Of a DNA stretch of 64,000 nt, positions 44,011 through 53,110 are shown piece by piece. Under the pieces are notes generated by a model, which made no database searches, had not been told where the DNA came from, and saw only the letters and a list, made by a program, of their open reading frames with translations. Source of the DNA: an uncultured virus (IMG/VR IMGVR_UViG_3300032286_001748) (Duplodnaviria > Heunggongvirae > Uroviricota > Caudoviricetes); the IMG/VR virus record IMGVR_UViG_3300032286_001748; one strand, written 5' to 3'. Made by a program: the position numbers and the translations under genes. How positions within the stretch are numbered: the first letter of the stretch is position 1; each line of letters opens with the position of its first letter.

Positions 44011-45110
44011 GCGGCCTCCACGCGCGCCCGGAGGGCCGCGCTGCGCGTGCGCGGCCCGTCCTGCTGGACCCGAGGGAGGCAGATCCAGGCCGGGTCGATC
44101 CCCAGCGCCTCGAGGTGACGGAGGAGCCGGTCGTGCCCCGTGCTCCCCTCCTCGTGCCCGTCCTCCGTGGCGAGCACCAGCCACGGTGCGTCCGGGCCCG
44201 ACAGTGCGTGCCGCAGCTCCATCAGGGTCGCGCGCGGCCAGTCGAGCAGCGCGTCGAGGAAGAGCACACCCCAGCGCGCGAGGGCCAGCTCCCCGAGCCG
44301 CCCACCCGCCCCAACCAGCCCGCTGCGGGAGATCGTGTAGTGGGGCGCGCGGAAGGGCCGCCCCACCCCCGACCCGAGTCCCACCGCGTCCGCGACGGTC
44401 GCGATCTGGAGCTGCTCCGCCGCAGAGGGGAGGGGGAGGATCTCCGGCAGCCGGGCGGCGATCATGGTTTTGCCGCAGCCCGGCGGGCCCACGAACAGGA
44501 CCGGGCGCCGGGCGCGCGCGGCCTCGACCAGGGCATCACCGACCGCCTCGTCCAGCGCCACGTCCCCAAAATCGAGCGCGCGCTCCGGCCACGCCTCGGG
44601 CATCGGCGCGACGGGCGCCCACGTCGTCTCACGAACGGCCGCGAGGAACGGCAGGGCGGCGGCCGGGAGCCCGGCCCGCGCGGCCCGCGCCGCCCCCTCG
44701 GGGGAGGTGACCAGGAGGAGGCCCTGCGCCTGCGCGGCCCGCGCGGCCGCCAGCGTCCCCCGAACGGTGCGGACCTCCCCCGACAGCGACAGCTCGCCCC
44801 AGAAGGCGAGTCCGTCGAGACGGGCAGCCTCGAGTTGCTCGCTGGCGACGAGCGCCGCGAGCGCGAGGGCCAGGTCGACCCCCGTGGAGGCCACAAGGGG
44901 AGCTACCCCCTGCGACAGGACCAGCTCGACCCGTTGGCGGGGCCAGTCGTAGCCGGAGGACACGACGGCCTCGTGGACGCGGGTGGCGGTCTCGCGTGCG
45001 GACGCCGCGGAGAGGCCGGTGATCGCCATCACCGGGAGGCGGCGGAGGAGGGTGCAGGACGCCGCCGCGGGGTGCGCGGTGGGACCGTCGAGGACGTAGG
45101 TGGCGATCAT
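44007..45110 (-). CDS. comM: ComM/YifB Mg-chelatase-like AAA+ protein, truncated/degenerate
   Basis: RETATRV, DLALALA, GELSLSGEVR, GPPGCGKTMIAARLPEILP, PFRAPHYT, GELALARWGVLFLD. Confidence 0.85.
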   Translation of the reverse strand: MIATYVLDGPTAHPAAASCTLLRRLPVMAITGLSAASARETATRVHEAVVSSGYDWPRQRVELVLSQGVAPLVASTGVDLALALAALVASEQLEAARLDGLAFWGELSLSGEVRTVRGTLAAARAAQAQGLLLVTSPEGAARAARAGLPAAALPFLAAVRETTWAPVAPMPEAWPERALDFGDVALDEAVGDALVEAARARRPVLFVGPPGCGKTMIAARLPEILPLPSAAEQLQIATVADAVGLGSGVGRPFRAPHYTISRSGLVGAGGRLGELALARWGVLFLDALLDWPRATLMELRHALSGPDAPWLVLATEDGHEEGSTGHDRLLRHLEALGIDPAWICLPRVQQDGPRTRSAALRARVEAA

Positions 45111-45316
45111 GCTTCCCCCACCGGGCCCACGAGGCGGGCCCCGGCGCGGGCCAGCACGATGGCGTCCCGCGCCTCCTCGAGGGTGCGCCAGCGCGTCCCC
45201 GCGAGGCGCGCGGGGAGCCCCTGGGTGACCGTGGAGGCCTGCAGCGCCCACCCATGCGGGGTGAGCTGGAGGAGGTGGGGGATGCCACCGACGCGGAGGA
45301 TGGAGCCGAAGAACAT
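45107..45316 (-). CDS. small hypothetical protein
   Basis: GAGG RBS; ATGA overlap. Confidence 0.5.
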   Translation of the reverse strand: MFFGSILRVGGIPHLLQLTPHGWALQASTVTQGLPARLAGTRWRTLEEARDAIVLARAGARLVGPVGEA

Positions 45317-45336
45317 GGGGCCTCGTTGAGCTTGGG

Positions 45337-45621
45337 TTAGTCGTGGACGACGATCCACGGGCGCGTTCCCGTGGCGGGGTCGCGGGGCCCATCGACATAG
45401 GCCGTTCCCGCGTTCGAGATGCAGCAGACGTAGACCCGCCGCCAGCGCGGCGAGCCGGGGAGCTGGACCCGACGCGTCGTTGGGATGCGGCGCCCGTAGC
45501 CGGTCGCCGTGAACGACCGGCCCGCAGCCTGCCACGGCAGGACCGCGAGCTGGGTGGGCACGCGCTGCCCGCCCACCTCGAGCCACTGGGCCTCGGGGAG
45601 AAGGGAGACGGTGCCGCTCAC
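45337..45621 (-). CDS. phage hypothetical protein
   Basis: TATGYGRRIPT..WRRVYVCCISNAGTAYV. Confidence 0.65.
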   Translation of the reverse strand: MSGTVSLLPEAQWLEVGGQRVPTQLAVLPWQAAGRSFTATGYGRRIPTTRRVQLPGSPRWRRVYVCCISNAGTAYVDGPRDPATGTRPWIVVHD

Positions 45622-45947
45622 GAGAGCACGTCCAATGCGTCGACCGCAGCGCCGAGCGCGAGGGAAGCGCAGTCCTCGGCGTGATCGCTGTCGCGCATGA
45701 TCCCCGCGTACTGCACGCGCCCGTCACAGTGCGTGCATCGCGTCCACGACGGGTACGGCCAGTTCTGCTCCGAGTACGTAGACGCACGCGCGACCACGCG
45801 ACGGGCGGCCTCGATCAGCACGTCCCTCGCAGCCTCCTCTTCTGCGGAGCGGCGGCGCTCGACAGGCGGGGCGGCGTCGGGCGTGAAGTTCCTGCACCAG
45901 CACTCCCCCGTTCGGATACAATTCTCGTTGCCGTTCGGGCAGATCAC
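45618..45947 (-). CDS. Cys-rich hypothetical protein
   Basis: GTG 45947; CTHC..HAEDC. Confidence 0.55.
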   Translation of the reverse strand: MICPNGNENCIRTGECWCRNFTPDAAPPVERRRSAEEEAARDVLIEAARRVVARASTYSEQNWPYPSWTRCTHCDGRVQYAGIMRDSDHAEDCASLALGAAVDALDVLS

Positions 45948-46228
45948 GACGCACGCTCGAACAGCACTTCGCTGTCGCCCGACACGGGCTCGCTCACGGT
46001 GAGCATGCTGCCATCCCACGCCAGGTGCAGTGCGCGGTGGAGGTTCCCACCAAGGTCGTGCGCGCAGGAGAAGTCGATGAGGTCGTTCTCCGCGCGGAGA
46101 ATGTCTGCGCCCATCACGTCAGCGGCGTCGTCACCTACGGCGCGGCCGATGGCGGCCCACGCCGGGCGCTTCTCCCCGCTGTCCAGGTCGGAACGGATGG
46201 TCGAGGTGCTGACGGTGCTCTTGTTCAC
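45944..46228 (-). CDS. hypothetical protein
   Basis: GTG 46228 with GGAGG RBS. Confidence 0.55.
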   Translation of the reverse strand: MNKSTVSTSTIRSDLDSGEKRPAWAAIGRAVGDDAADVMGADILRAENDLIDFSCAHDLGGNLHRALHLAWDGSMLTVSEPVSGDSEVLFERAS

Positions 46229-46452
46229 GAGGCCTCCCCGTACAGGCGCCGGGCCACGCGGAGCGCCGAGGCGCGGGTGGCGTAGGACCGCTCGCCCGCC
46301 ACATAGGCGAGCGAGCCGAAGACCGCGAAGCAACCGGTGATGCGCTGGGTCGCAGGGCGGAGGACCGCGGTGTACCGCGCGCCGTCGCGCTGGGCGACGA
46401 CGTAGCGGTTGTTGTGGGGGTGGACGTAGGCGTCGAAGGGGGAGAGGGGCAT
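46225..46452 (-). CDS. small hypothetical protein
   Basis: GGAG RBS; coupled to next gene. Confidence 0.55.
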   Translation of the reverse strand: MPLSPFDAYVHPHNNRYVVAQRDGARYTAVLRPATQRITGCFAVFGSLAYVAGERSYATRASALRVARRLYGEAS

Positions 46453-46545
46453 CGGCTACTCCGAAGCGGGGGTGAGGTAGGTGTGAAGGGCCACGCCGGG
46501 CGTTCCGTAGGGGCGGCTGGCCGAGGTGAAGGGGGTGGACATGAG

Positions 46546-46791
46546 CTACTCCTGGGCGCGACAGTCGTCGCAGAAATCAAGGGTGTCGGAGGCGAGCGCG
46601 AGCGCACGCGTCTCGGAGAGGACGAGGGTGCCGTGGTCCTCGCAGACCGTGGCCCACCCCTCGCCGTCGATCCCCGCCTCCCGCGCGCGGTACACGCCTC
46701 GGAGGGCACCCGTCCGAACGGAGGTTGCGAGGTAAACGCATCCCGCGCGGGCGGCGCGTTCGCGGTCGAGCTGGAGACGGGAGAGGGACAT
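46546..46791 (-). CDS. small hypothetical protein
   Basis: GGAG RBS; WATVCEDHG..FCDDC. Confidence 0.6.
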   Translation of the reverse strand: MSLSRLQLDRERAARAGCVYLATSVRTGALRGVYRAREAGIDGEGWATVCEDHGTLVLSETRALALASDTLDFCDDCRAQE

Positions 46792-46824
46792 GGGGACTCC
46801 GAAGGCGGATGGGGGATGGGGGGA

Positions 46825-47049
46825 TCAGAACGTGCAGCAGCCGCAGCAGGGCGCGTCCTCGCACCGGCCGCGCCGGTTGCGGGTGCCGCGCCAGCCCGAG
46901 GTGCGGACCTCGATGACGGCCGGCTCGCCTGCGGCGCAGGCGAGGTGGCGGGCCTCCCAGCCGCCGGCCGAGGACCGGTGGAGGGAGCCGCCCGAGGCGG
47001 GAACGGTAGACCGGCACACCCCGCAGGGGGCCGGGTAACGGTTGGTCAT
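46825..47049 (-). CDS. small Cys-rich phage protein
   Basis: NRYPAPCGVC...RNRRGRCEDAPCCGCC. Confidence 0.65.
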   Translation of the reverse strand: MTNRYPAPCGVCRSTVPASGGSLHRSSAGGWEARHLACAAGEPAVIEVRTSGWRGTRNRRGRCEDAPCCGCCTF

Positions 47050-47342
47050 GCCGCACCCCCAGCAGCAGCGTCCACCGCTGCATCCCACCGCCGCAACAGC
47101 GCGGCGTCGATCTCCCCGCCGTCGCCCCCGACGACCCATGCCGACCGGGGAGCTACCTCTTCGGTGATCTCGATGTCGAGGCCGTCGAGGTCGAGGCCGT
47201 CGATGTCGAGGGCCTCCCACGCGGCGTCGAGGATCGCGTCGATCTGATCTTCGGTCCACGCGGTCGAGGGCGAGGCAGTCCAGTTGAGGTTCTCCGCGAG
47301 GGTGTGGCGGGACACCCGGAGGACGGGGCTACGCTTTGCCAT
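47046..47342 (-). CDS. acidic hypothetical protein
   Basis: GGAG RBS; first gene after the promoter at 47392-47420. Confidence 0.6.
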   Translation of the reverse strand: MAKRSPVLRVSRHTLAENLNWTASPSTAWTEDQIDAILDAAWEALDIDGLDLDGLDIEITEEVAPRSAWVVGGDGGEIDAALLRRWDAAVDAAAGGAA

Positions 47343-47391
47343 GATGTGAACTCCGGTCGGGGGAGAGGCGGGGTTGCCGTCCGACATCCCC

Positions 47392-47420
47392 AACATGCTC
47401 GCTACCCTGTCAACTGACAA
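47392..47420 (-). promoter_or_regulatory. putative promoter, recurrent motif
   Basis: TTGTCA-gt-TGACA...17 nt...CATGTT; three further TTGTCAA copies at about 47463-47504. Confidence 0.45.
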
Positions 47421-47545
47421 CCACCTCCCTCCCCTCCATCCAGAGATACTGCCCGTAAGTGCTTGTCAAACCTGCTCTTTCTCTATTTGTCAAGAGATTG
47501 TCAAGACGAATACCCGTACAGGCGTTCAGGTATGAAGGGGCGGTT

Positions 47546-47866
47546 TCATCCTGGCTTACCGGTGAGATCGGGGAGGGCCCCCGTCCCTCCGCACGCGCGA
47601 CAGGGCTCACCGTTCCCGCGTTTCCCGCCCACACACCGGATCGCAAGGCCCCTGCGAAACCCGGGACAGGTGCAGGGCTCGGAATGCACGTAGCGAAGCG
47701 TGGCGCGATCCCACAGAGGAACCTCCCATTCGAGCACCCCGTCGCACGGGGCGCCCTCGCCGTGCGCGTGCCCGCAGGCACAGATCTCCCCCTCGTTCGG
47801 GAACTCCCGGTTCGGGCAGTACACGAACCCTTCTGGCGGGACGGGTTGGTTCGGGGGCGGAGTCAT
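47546..47866 (-). CDS. Cys-rich Zn-binding protein
   Basis: CACGH, CTC, CVGG..CRACGG motifs. Confidence 0.5.
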   Translation of the reverse strand: MTPPPNQPVPPEGFVYCPNREFPNEGEICACGHAHGEGAPCDGVLEWEVPLWDRATLRYVHSEPCTCPGFRRGLAIRCVGGKRGNGEPCRACGGTGALPDLTGKPG

Positions 47867-48104
47867 GCGTCAAGGAGACGGCGCGGTGGCTCTCCGGTTC
47901 CGCCGCAAGTCCGCCACGCAGGTGTGGGGTAGCGTCCGCCCCCCACGTCGATGTCCTCGTGCTTCCCGCACGTACCGTCTTTGCGGAGGCGAACGGGAAG
48001 CCCACAGACCGCGCACAGGCCGCGGGGAGCACGCGCGCTCACCTCCCCCTCCGCATCCGCACATCGGCGACGGTGATGATCATGGAGGTCCAGGGTGTGA
48101 CGGT

Positions 48105-48134
48105 CTCCTACCCCTGAAACATGTCATCTGTCAA
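48105..48134 (-). promoter_or_regulatory. putative promoter, recurrent motif
   Basis: TTGACA-ga-TGACA...18 nt...TAGGAG. Confidence 0.45.
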
Positions 48135-48191
48135 GTACGCCCACGCACGGGGCCGCGTGCGCCATGCGGAGCAGCTTCGCCTACACCGGAG

Positions 48192-49847
48192 CTACCCGAA
48201 GGGCTTCCGGAGCGCCTGGCGCGCGGCCTTCGCCAGGGCGAAGATGTCCCTGTGTCCCTTCGGCACGGGCTTGTTCCGCACACGCTCGATGATCTCCCGC
48301 AGCCCGTACTTCTCCTTGAACGTGAAGCCGTAGGTGTCCTCCATGGCGGTGATCTTCTGGGCGAGCTGCGGGTAGGTGAGCGCCGCGAGCGCCACGTCCT
48401 CGTCCCCAGCGAGCGGGCAGAGGCGACAGGAGAGCCGCTGGAAGCCGAGGTCGTAGATCGGATGGTAGGGGAGCCCGCTGGCCTTGATGAGGTCCCACAC
48501 GGCCGACTCGGGGAGCGTCTGGATGGGGAGCCACTCGCGCGTCTGGCGGGCCTGCGTGTCGTCCCCCTTCACGTCGAACCCCTTCCCCGCGCGCTTCTCG
48601 CTCTCGTACGCCCGGAGGCCCAAGACGTTGAGCACACGCGCAGGTCGGCCGAGGGTTTTCAGGTGCTGCTTCACGAACGCCGTGGTCCACTTCGACACCT
48701 CGGCGGTTTTGAACTCGCTCGTGCAGTAGCGCGTACCGAAGCCGGGGAAGCCACCTGCGCGCCGAAGATGGAAGCGTCCCGGATCTGGGTTGCCCTTCGC
48801 TCCCGACTCGCGGATACGGAAGTCTCCGGGACGCAGCTTCTGCTTCTCCTCCCGCTCCGTGAGGCCGAGGGAGAGGAGCCACGCGCGCATCTCCTCGCGG
48901 GCATCGGGCTCGACCCGCACCTCCCAGGCCTCCCCACGCGCAGCAGGCTCGAACCCTTTCTTCGCAAGCGTCCGCTCGTTGGCGTTGGGGATCGCAGAGA
49001 CGATGTACGGCATCTCCTTGAGGCCCATGTCAAGGATCGCGGTTTGGATCTTCTTCCGTTCCTTCGTCTCTGCGTAGCGCACCCAAACCGGATCGGTCTT
49101 GGTGTCCTCGCGCGCCTCGAACCCAAGCCGCCCCAGCGCGCTTGCCTCCCGCTGGGTGGACGGGTACGCGAGGAACTTGTCCTGCAAGTTGTCCACGAAC
49201 CGGTCGAGCAGATCGACCCGCACCCCGCGCACCTCGCGGTGGACGACGTGGAACGGGAGGCCGAGGCGACGAGCTTGGTCCTCGGCCAGCTCGCGCACCC
49301 CGTCATGCTCCGCGCCCCCGAGGTCCGCGTGGATGACCTCGACCCGATCGAGCACCCCTTGAACCTCGGCCAGCTTCTTCATCACGATCAGCATGGCCGC
49401 CGAGTCCTTGCCGCCCGAGCTGTTGAGCAGGACAAGATCGAAGTGGCGCAGGTTCGGCTGCCAAGCCCCGAGCTTCGCGACGATGCCCGTGTGCGCCCCG
49501 CGCTCGACCTTCGCGTCTCCGATCTTCTGGACCGGATCGTAGCCGCGCATGTCGGTGAGGCTGTCGGCTCCTCCCCTCTCCCAGAGCGCGTCGTAGTCGC
49601 CCGAGGGGCTGTAGCCCCGCCCCGGCTCGCCCTGCGGTGCTGACTCGAGCATCTGGGCGAGGAGCGCGCGGCCCCGCGCCGCGTTCCCCTTCTTGCCCGG
49701 CTCCTCCTGCGGCGTCGGGCAGGCATCATGGCCGTGGACCTGCACGAAGACGGGAGCCTGAGCGGCCGTCTTCTTCGGCGCCTGCGCCTTCGTCGGCACC
49801 TGCGCGGCGGGCGCAGCGTAGCGCGTGAGGAAGTCTGCGAGGTTCAT
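48192..49847 (-). CDS. PAPS-reductase-family (PP-loop) protein
   Basis: NSSGGKDSAAM, HADLG, RYCTSEFK, GLRAYESEKRA, WLPI, HPIYDLGFQRLSCRLC; N-terminus MNLADFLTRY. Confidence 0.88.
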   Translation of the reverse strand: MNLADFLTRYAAPAAQVPTKAQAPKKTAAQAPVFVQVHGHDACPTPQEEPGKKGNAARGRALLAQMLESAPQGEPGRGYSPSGDYDALWERGGADSLTDMRGYDPVQKIGDAKVERGAHTGIVAKLGAWQPNLRHFDLVLLNSSGGKDSAAMLIVMKKLAEVQGVLDRVEVIHADLGGAEHDGVRELAEDQARRLGLPFHVVHREVRGVRVDLLDRFVDNLQDKFLAYPSTQREASALGRLGFEAREDTKTDPVWVRYAETKERKKIQTAILDMGLKEMPYIVSAIPNANERTLAKKGFEPAARGEAWEVRVEPDAREEMRAWLLSLGLTEREEKQKLRPGDFRIRESGAKGNPDPGRFHLRRAGGFPGFGTRYCTSEFKTAEVSKWTTAFVKQHLKTLGRPARVLNVLGLRAYESEKRAGKGFDVKGDDTQARQTREWLPIQTLPESAVWDLIKASGLPYHPIYDLGFQRLSCRLCPLAGDEDVALAALTYPQLAQKITAMEDTYGFTFKEKYGLREIIERVRNKPVPKGHRDIFALAKAARQALRKPFG

Positions 49848-49948
49848 GGGTTCTCCGAGGAAGGGGCCCGCCTCGGGAACAAGAAGGATGGAGATGGAGA
49901 GCGAGACGGGCCCCACCCCCCCTATCCCGACCCGAACACGGCACCACA

Positions 49949-49985
49949 CTTGTCCCTTGACAGGTTCTGTACCCCCGCTTAGTCC
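49949..49985 (+). promoter_or_regulatory. sigma70-like promoter of the rightward operon
   Basis: TTGTCCC then TTGACA (49957-49962), 17 nt, TAGTCC (49980-49985). Confidence 0.65.
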
Positions 49986-49991
49986 CTCTCC

Positions 49992-50354
49992 ATGCCTGCC
50001 CCTCCCCTCCCTCTTCTCCGCATCCCCCTGACCTTCGAGCGGACCGTCTCGGTCGTCGTCTACGCCCCAGCGGGCACGACCCCGGAACAGCTTCAGGAGA
50101 TCGGAGCGCGCATCGCGGGCGAGGGCCTGGACGGATGGGATCCGGACCCGTGGGAGGCCTTCATCGGCCCCAGCGAGCCGGTGGAGGTCCCGGCCTCCGA
50201 GCGCACGCTGGAGGCCCCGAACCGGTACGGCTTCCGGAAGGTCGTGGAGGGCTCGCGCCTTGGGCGCGAGGAGACGCTCGTCCTCTCCGACGCCGGAGAC
50301 GACCTCGTCTGTGCCGAGGACGCGACGTGGTGGATCGCGAAGGAGGAAGCGTGA
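49992..50354 (+). CDS. hypothetical protein
   Basis: First ORF after promoter; GTGA overlap downstream. Confidence 0.6.
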   Translation: MPAPPLPLLRIPLTFERTVSVVVYAPAGTTPEQLQEIGARIAGEGLDGWDPDPWEAFIGPSEPVEVPASERTLEAPNRYGFRKVVEGSRLGREETLVLSDAGDDLVCAEDATWWIAKEEA

Positions 50355-50578
50355 AGGACTTCTCCGTTCAGGACTGCCCGAAGTGCCGCACCCACCGCAT
50401 CGCCGTCCGCATGTTCTACTGCGACAAGGTGATGGGCACGGATCGGCCGCTCTGCCCTGTCAAACGGCACGAGCACATGCACCACACCTGCGCGCACTGC
50501 GGCTACGCGTGGATCACCCGCACGGCCGACTGTCCGGCGCCGCCCCCCGCGGGCGTCCCTCCTCGCACGAAGCCCTGA
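50351..50578 (+). CDS. Zn-finger protein
   Basis: CPKC..EHMHHTCAHCGYAW. Confidence 0.65.
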   Translation: MKDFSVQDCPKCRTHRIAVRMFYCDKVMGTDRPLCPVKRHEHMHHTCAHCGYAWITRTADCPAPPPAGVPPRTKP

Positions 50579-50606
50579 CCCCCTGACCCCCTGCCCCGAG
50601 ATCTCC

Positions 50607-51521
50607 ATGTCCATCGTCCTCCTCGTCCCCTCCGCGGCCCACGCGCACCAGCTCACCGCCCAGCTCACCGTGGAGGCCGAGTACGGCGCCCATGTCTGGG
50701 AGGGCACGATCTACACGGCGGCCCACCACCAGAAGGACGGCCCCTACGCGGGCCGGCACCTCCGCGCCCACGCCGCCACCGGCCGCCCGAGCCCGTGCAA
50801 CGACGCGAACATCCCGGTCCTCCAGCACAGCCTCATCGGGGTCTCGCATCTGGACCTCGACACCATCGGCGGCGTGCTGCGCGCCGACCCGGTGCGCGTC
50901 CACACCCACTTCCGTCCTGACACCCAGGCGTTCTGGGATCTGGCCGAGGCCGTGGACACGCGGGGCGCGCACCGCCTCCCCGAGCTGTGTCAGGAGGAGG
51001 CGCTCCTGCGCCGGCTCCACGGCTTCTGGGCGTGGAGCAAGACCACGCCCCGCTTCGATTTTACGCGCGTCCACGATGTGGGACACGTCCTCGACGAGGC
51101 GGCGCGGGTGCTGCTCGACCTGTTCGCGGACGACCCGAAGCGGATCGAAGCCGGGGTTGCGCTCGCCGCGGGCGAGGCCGCGCTCAACGCGCGCACCTAC
51201 GTCCACGCCGAGGAGCGGGTGATCCTGCGCCACACCGAGTCGGCCAGCGAGTTCGTCAACCACCTCTACCGGAGCCCCAGCGGGGACCCGCACGACGGCG
51301 TCGTCGCGTGGAACCGCGAGAAGGGAACCATCACGGTGTCCGTCTCTGACCCGGACGCGCTCGGCGTCGACTGCCGCGCCCTCGTGCAGGGGCTCTGGGG
51401 CCCCGAGGCGGGCGGGCACGCCGGCATCGGCGGCGGGCCGCGCGAGCGGCGCTTCGGGTTTGGCGAGGCCGACCGGGCCGTGGTGGCGCTGCGCGCGGCG
51501 CTCGCGAAGGGGGCCGCGTGA
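50607..51521 (+). CDS. DHH-like phosphoesterase-fold protein
   Basis: AAHH, SHLDLDTIGG and C-terminal AGGHAGIGGGPR. Confidence 0.55.
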   Translation: MSIVLLVPSAAHAHQLTAQLTVEAEYGAHVWEGTIYTAAHHQKDGPYAGRHLRAHAATGRPSPCNDANIPVLQHSLIGVSHLDLDTIGGVLRADPVRVHTHFRPDTQAFWDLAEAVDTRGAHRLPELCQEEALLRRLHGFWAWSKTTPRFDFTRVHDVGHVLDEAARVLLDLFADDPKRIEAGVALAAGEAALNARTYVHAEERVILRHTESASEFVNHLYRSPSGDPHDGVVAWNREKGTITVSVSDPDALGVDCRALVQGLWGPEAGGHAGIGGGPRERRFGFGEADRAVVALRAALAKGAA

Positions 51522-51973
51522 GCGTGTTGACGCCGTCGTCGTTCGATCTGGACGACGTGACGTACCGCCACCTCGATCCGGCGCGGCTCGCCGGGACGAC
51601 CCTGCATGCGGGGCACGTCCTCGTCGACCTCGACGCGGCGCTCCAGGAGATCCAGCGGCTCGAGGCGCAGCTCCTCCAGACCGAGCGCGCGTGCGCCCGG
51701 CTCCGCGCCGAGGGGGAGCGGCTGGAGGACGAGGTCGAGCTGCTCCGATCCGAGAACCGCGCGCTGGGCGAGCAGACGACCGCGGAGGAGGCGCGCGCGG
51801 GCATCGTCCGCTGGATGCAGCAGACCGCCGACCAGTACAGCGCGCAGTCGGAGTTGGTCGGGCTCGGCCTCTCCACGGTCTGGCGCATCATCGCCCACCT
51901 TATCGAAGAGAAGTGCGACCTCGAGCCGCGCATCCACAACCACCCCATCCCGATCCCGATCCGGAGCCTCTGA
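51518..51973 (+). CDS. coiled-coil hypothetical protein
   Basis: EEARAGIVRWM..AHLIE, distant member of the ERAAVVAWL family. Confidence 0.55.
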   Translation: MSVLTPSSFDLDDVTYRHLDPARLAGTTLHAGHVLVDLDAALQEIQRLEAQLLQTERACARLRAEGERLEDEVELLRSENRALGEQTTAEEARAGIVRWMQQTADQYSAQSELVGLGLSTVWRIIAHLIEEKCDLEPRIHNHPIPIPIRSL

Positions 51974-52344
51974 TGCACGCCCTCCCCAACAACGCCCCCA
52001 CCAACGTCGCCGCGCTCGATGCGCGCGATCCTCTCGCTGGAAACGCCAGCCACGCCTACGGCATCCAGTTCGGCGGCCCGAAGGACGTGTGCCACATCCC
52101 CTTCCAGCACGGCCCGCGCGGCGTCGTGAGCAGCACGCCCGGCGTGTTCGACGACGATCTGCTCGCCATCGTGCAGGATCGGCTGGAGGGCTTCCAGTTG
52201 GTCCCCTACGCCTGCACCGAGAACGCGGAGGCGCTCAAGGCCGTCCAGTTCGCCCGCGAGGCGCTCGGCCAGCGGGTCGCGCGCCGCATCGCGCAGGGCG
52301 TGCTCGGCGCGAACGCGACCCACACCTCGGAGACGAAGGCATGA
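51973..52344 (+). CDS. tad1: Tad1-like anti-defence signal-sequestering protein
   Basis: GNASHAY..IPFQHGPR..GVFDDDLLAIVQDRLEGFQ..YACTENAEAL..RVARRIAQGVLG follows the Tad1 pattern as I recall it. Confidence 0.78.
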   Translation: MHALPNNAPTNVAALDARDPLAGNASHAYGIQFGGPKDVCHIPFQHGPRGVVSSTPGVFDDDLLAIVQDRLEGFQLVPYACTENAEALKAVQFAREALGQRVARRIAQGVLGANATHTSETKA

Positions 52345-52754
52345 ACATCACCGCTAGGGACTACGACAACGCCCTCCGCGAGGGGCGTGCGACCCTCAAC
52401 GAGATCACCCACGCGGCTCATTCCAACAGCGTGGCCAAGGGCTTCTGGGACGACCAGAAGCTCGCGTTCAACACGACCCGCCTCGACCGGGAGCGCGTGC
52501 AGCGCACCATCCCGGAGAAGCTGGCGCTCATCCACTCGGAGGTGTCCGAGGCGCTGGAGGACTACCGCGACGGCGTGATGGTCACGACGGTGGACGCGAA
52601 GGGGAAGCCGGTCGGGTTCCCGTCCGAACTGGCCGACATCATGATCCGGATCTGCGACCTCGCGGGCGCCCTCGGCATCGACCTCGACGCAGAGATCGAA
52701 CAGAAGATGCGCTACAACGCAGGGCGCCCGCGCAAGCACGGGAAGGTGTGCTGA
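52341..52754 (+). CDS. MazG-like nucleotide pyrophosphohydrolase
   Basis: EKLALIHSEVSEALE, ELADIMIRICD, KMRYNAGRPRKHGK. Confidence 0.88.
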   Translation: MNITARDYDNALREGRATLNEITHAAHSNSVAKGFWDDQKLAFNTTRLDRERVQRTIPEKLALIHSEVSEALEDYRDGVMVTTVDAKGKPVGFPSELADIMIRICDLAGALGIDLDAEIEQKMRYNAGRPRKHGKVC

Positions 52755-53110
52755 TGGCCGATGTGGATGCCTTGAAGGGTGAGCCGGTCTCCCCGTTCAC
52801 CTCCCTCCCCCCGTCCAGCTCGCCCCTGCGCGTGCGCTGGGTCGAGTATCCCTTCCATCGCGAGACGGGGTGCGAGATGCTGCCGGGCCGTCACCGCTAC
52901 CTGCACTGGGAGGGCGTGTCGGACGCCGAGCGGGGGCCGGTGTGGTCCGATCGCTCCGGGTTCGCGAGCCTGCCCGAGAGCAGCATGGCGAAGCAGGGGT
53001 GGCTGCGTGAAGGGGTCGTCCTCGCGTTCGCGGGGGAGAACCTCCTCGTCGCCGCGACGGATGGACGCATCGTCAACCTTCCGCTCTACGCGGTTCGGAG
53101 GATCGAATGA
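52754..53110 (+). CDS. hypothetical protein
   Basis: TGATG and ATGA coupling. Confidence 0.55.
   Translation: MADVDALKGEPVSPFTSLPPSSSPLRVRWVEYPFHRETGCEMLPGRHRYLHWEGVSDAERGPVWSDRSGFASLPESSMAKQGWLREGVVLAFAGENLLVAATDGRIVNLPLYAVRRIE

Noticed and set aside
47700..49643. 647-aa plus-strand ORF (likewise 33610-35631, 15812-17764, 37410-39338, 58760-60778)
   Set aside because: Each lies opposite a well-supported minus-strand gene and has no recognisable motifs
48192..49847. Complete Dnd phosphorothioation or sulfate-assimilation operon
   Set aside because: Only a lone PAPS-reductase-family gene; no dndA/B/D/E or cys genes recognised
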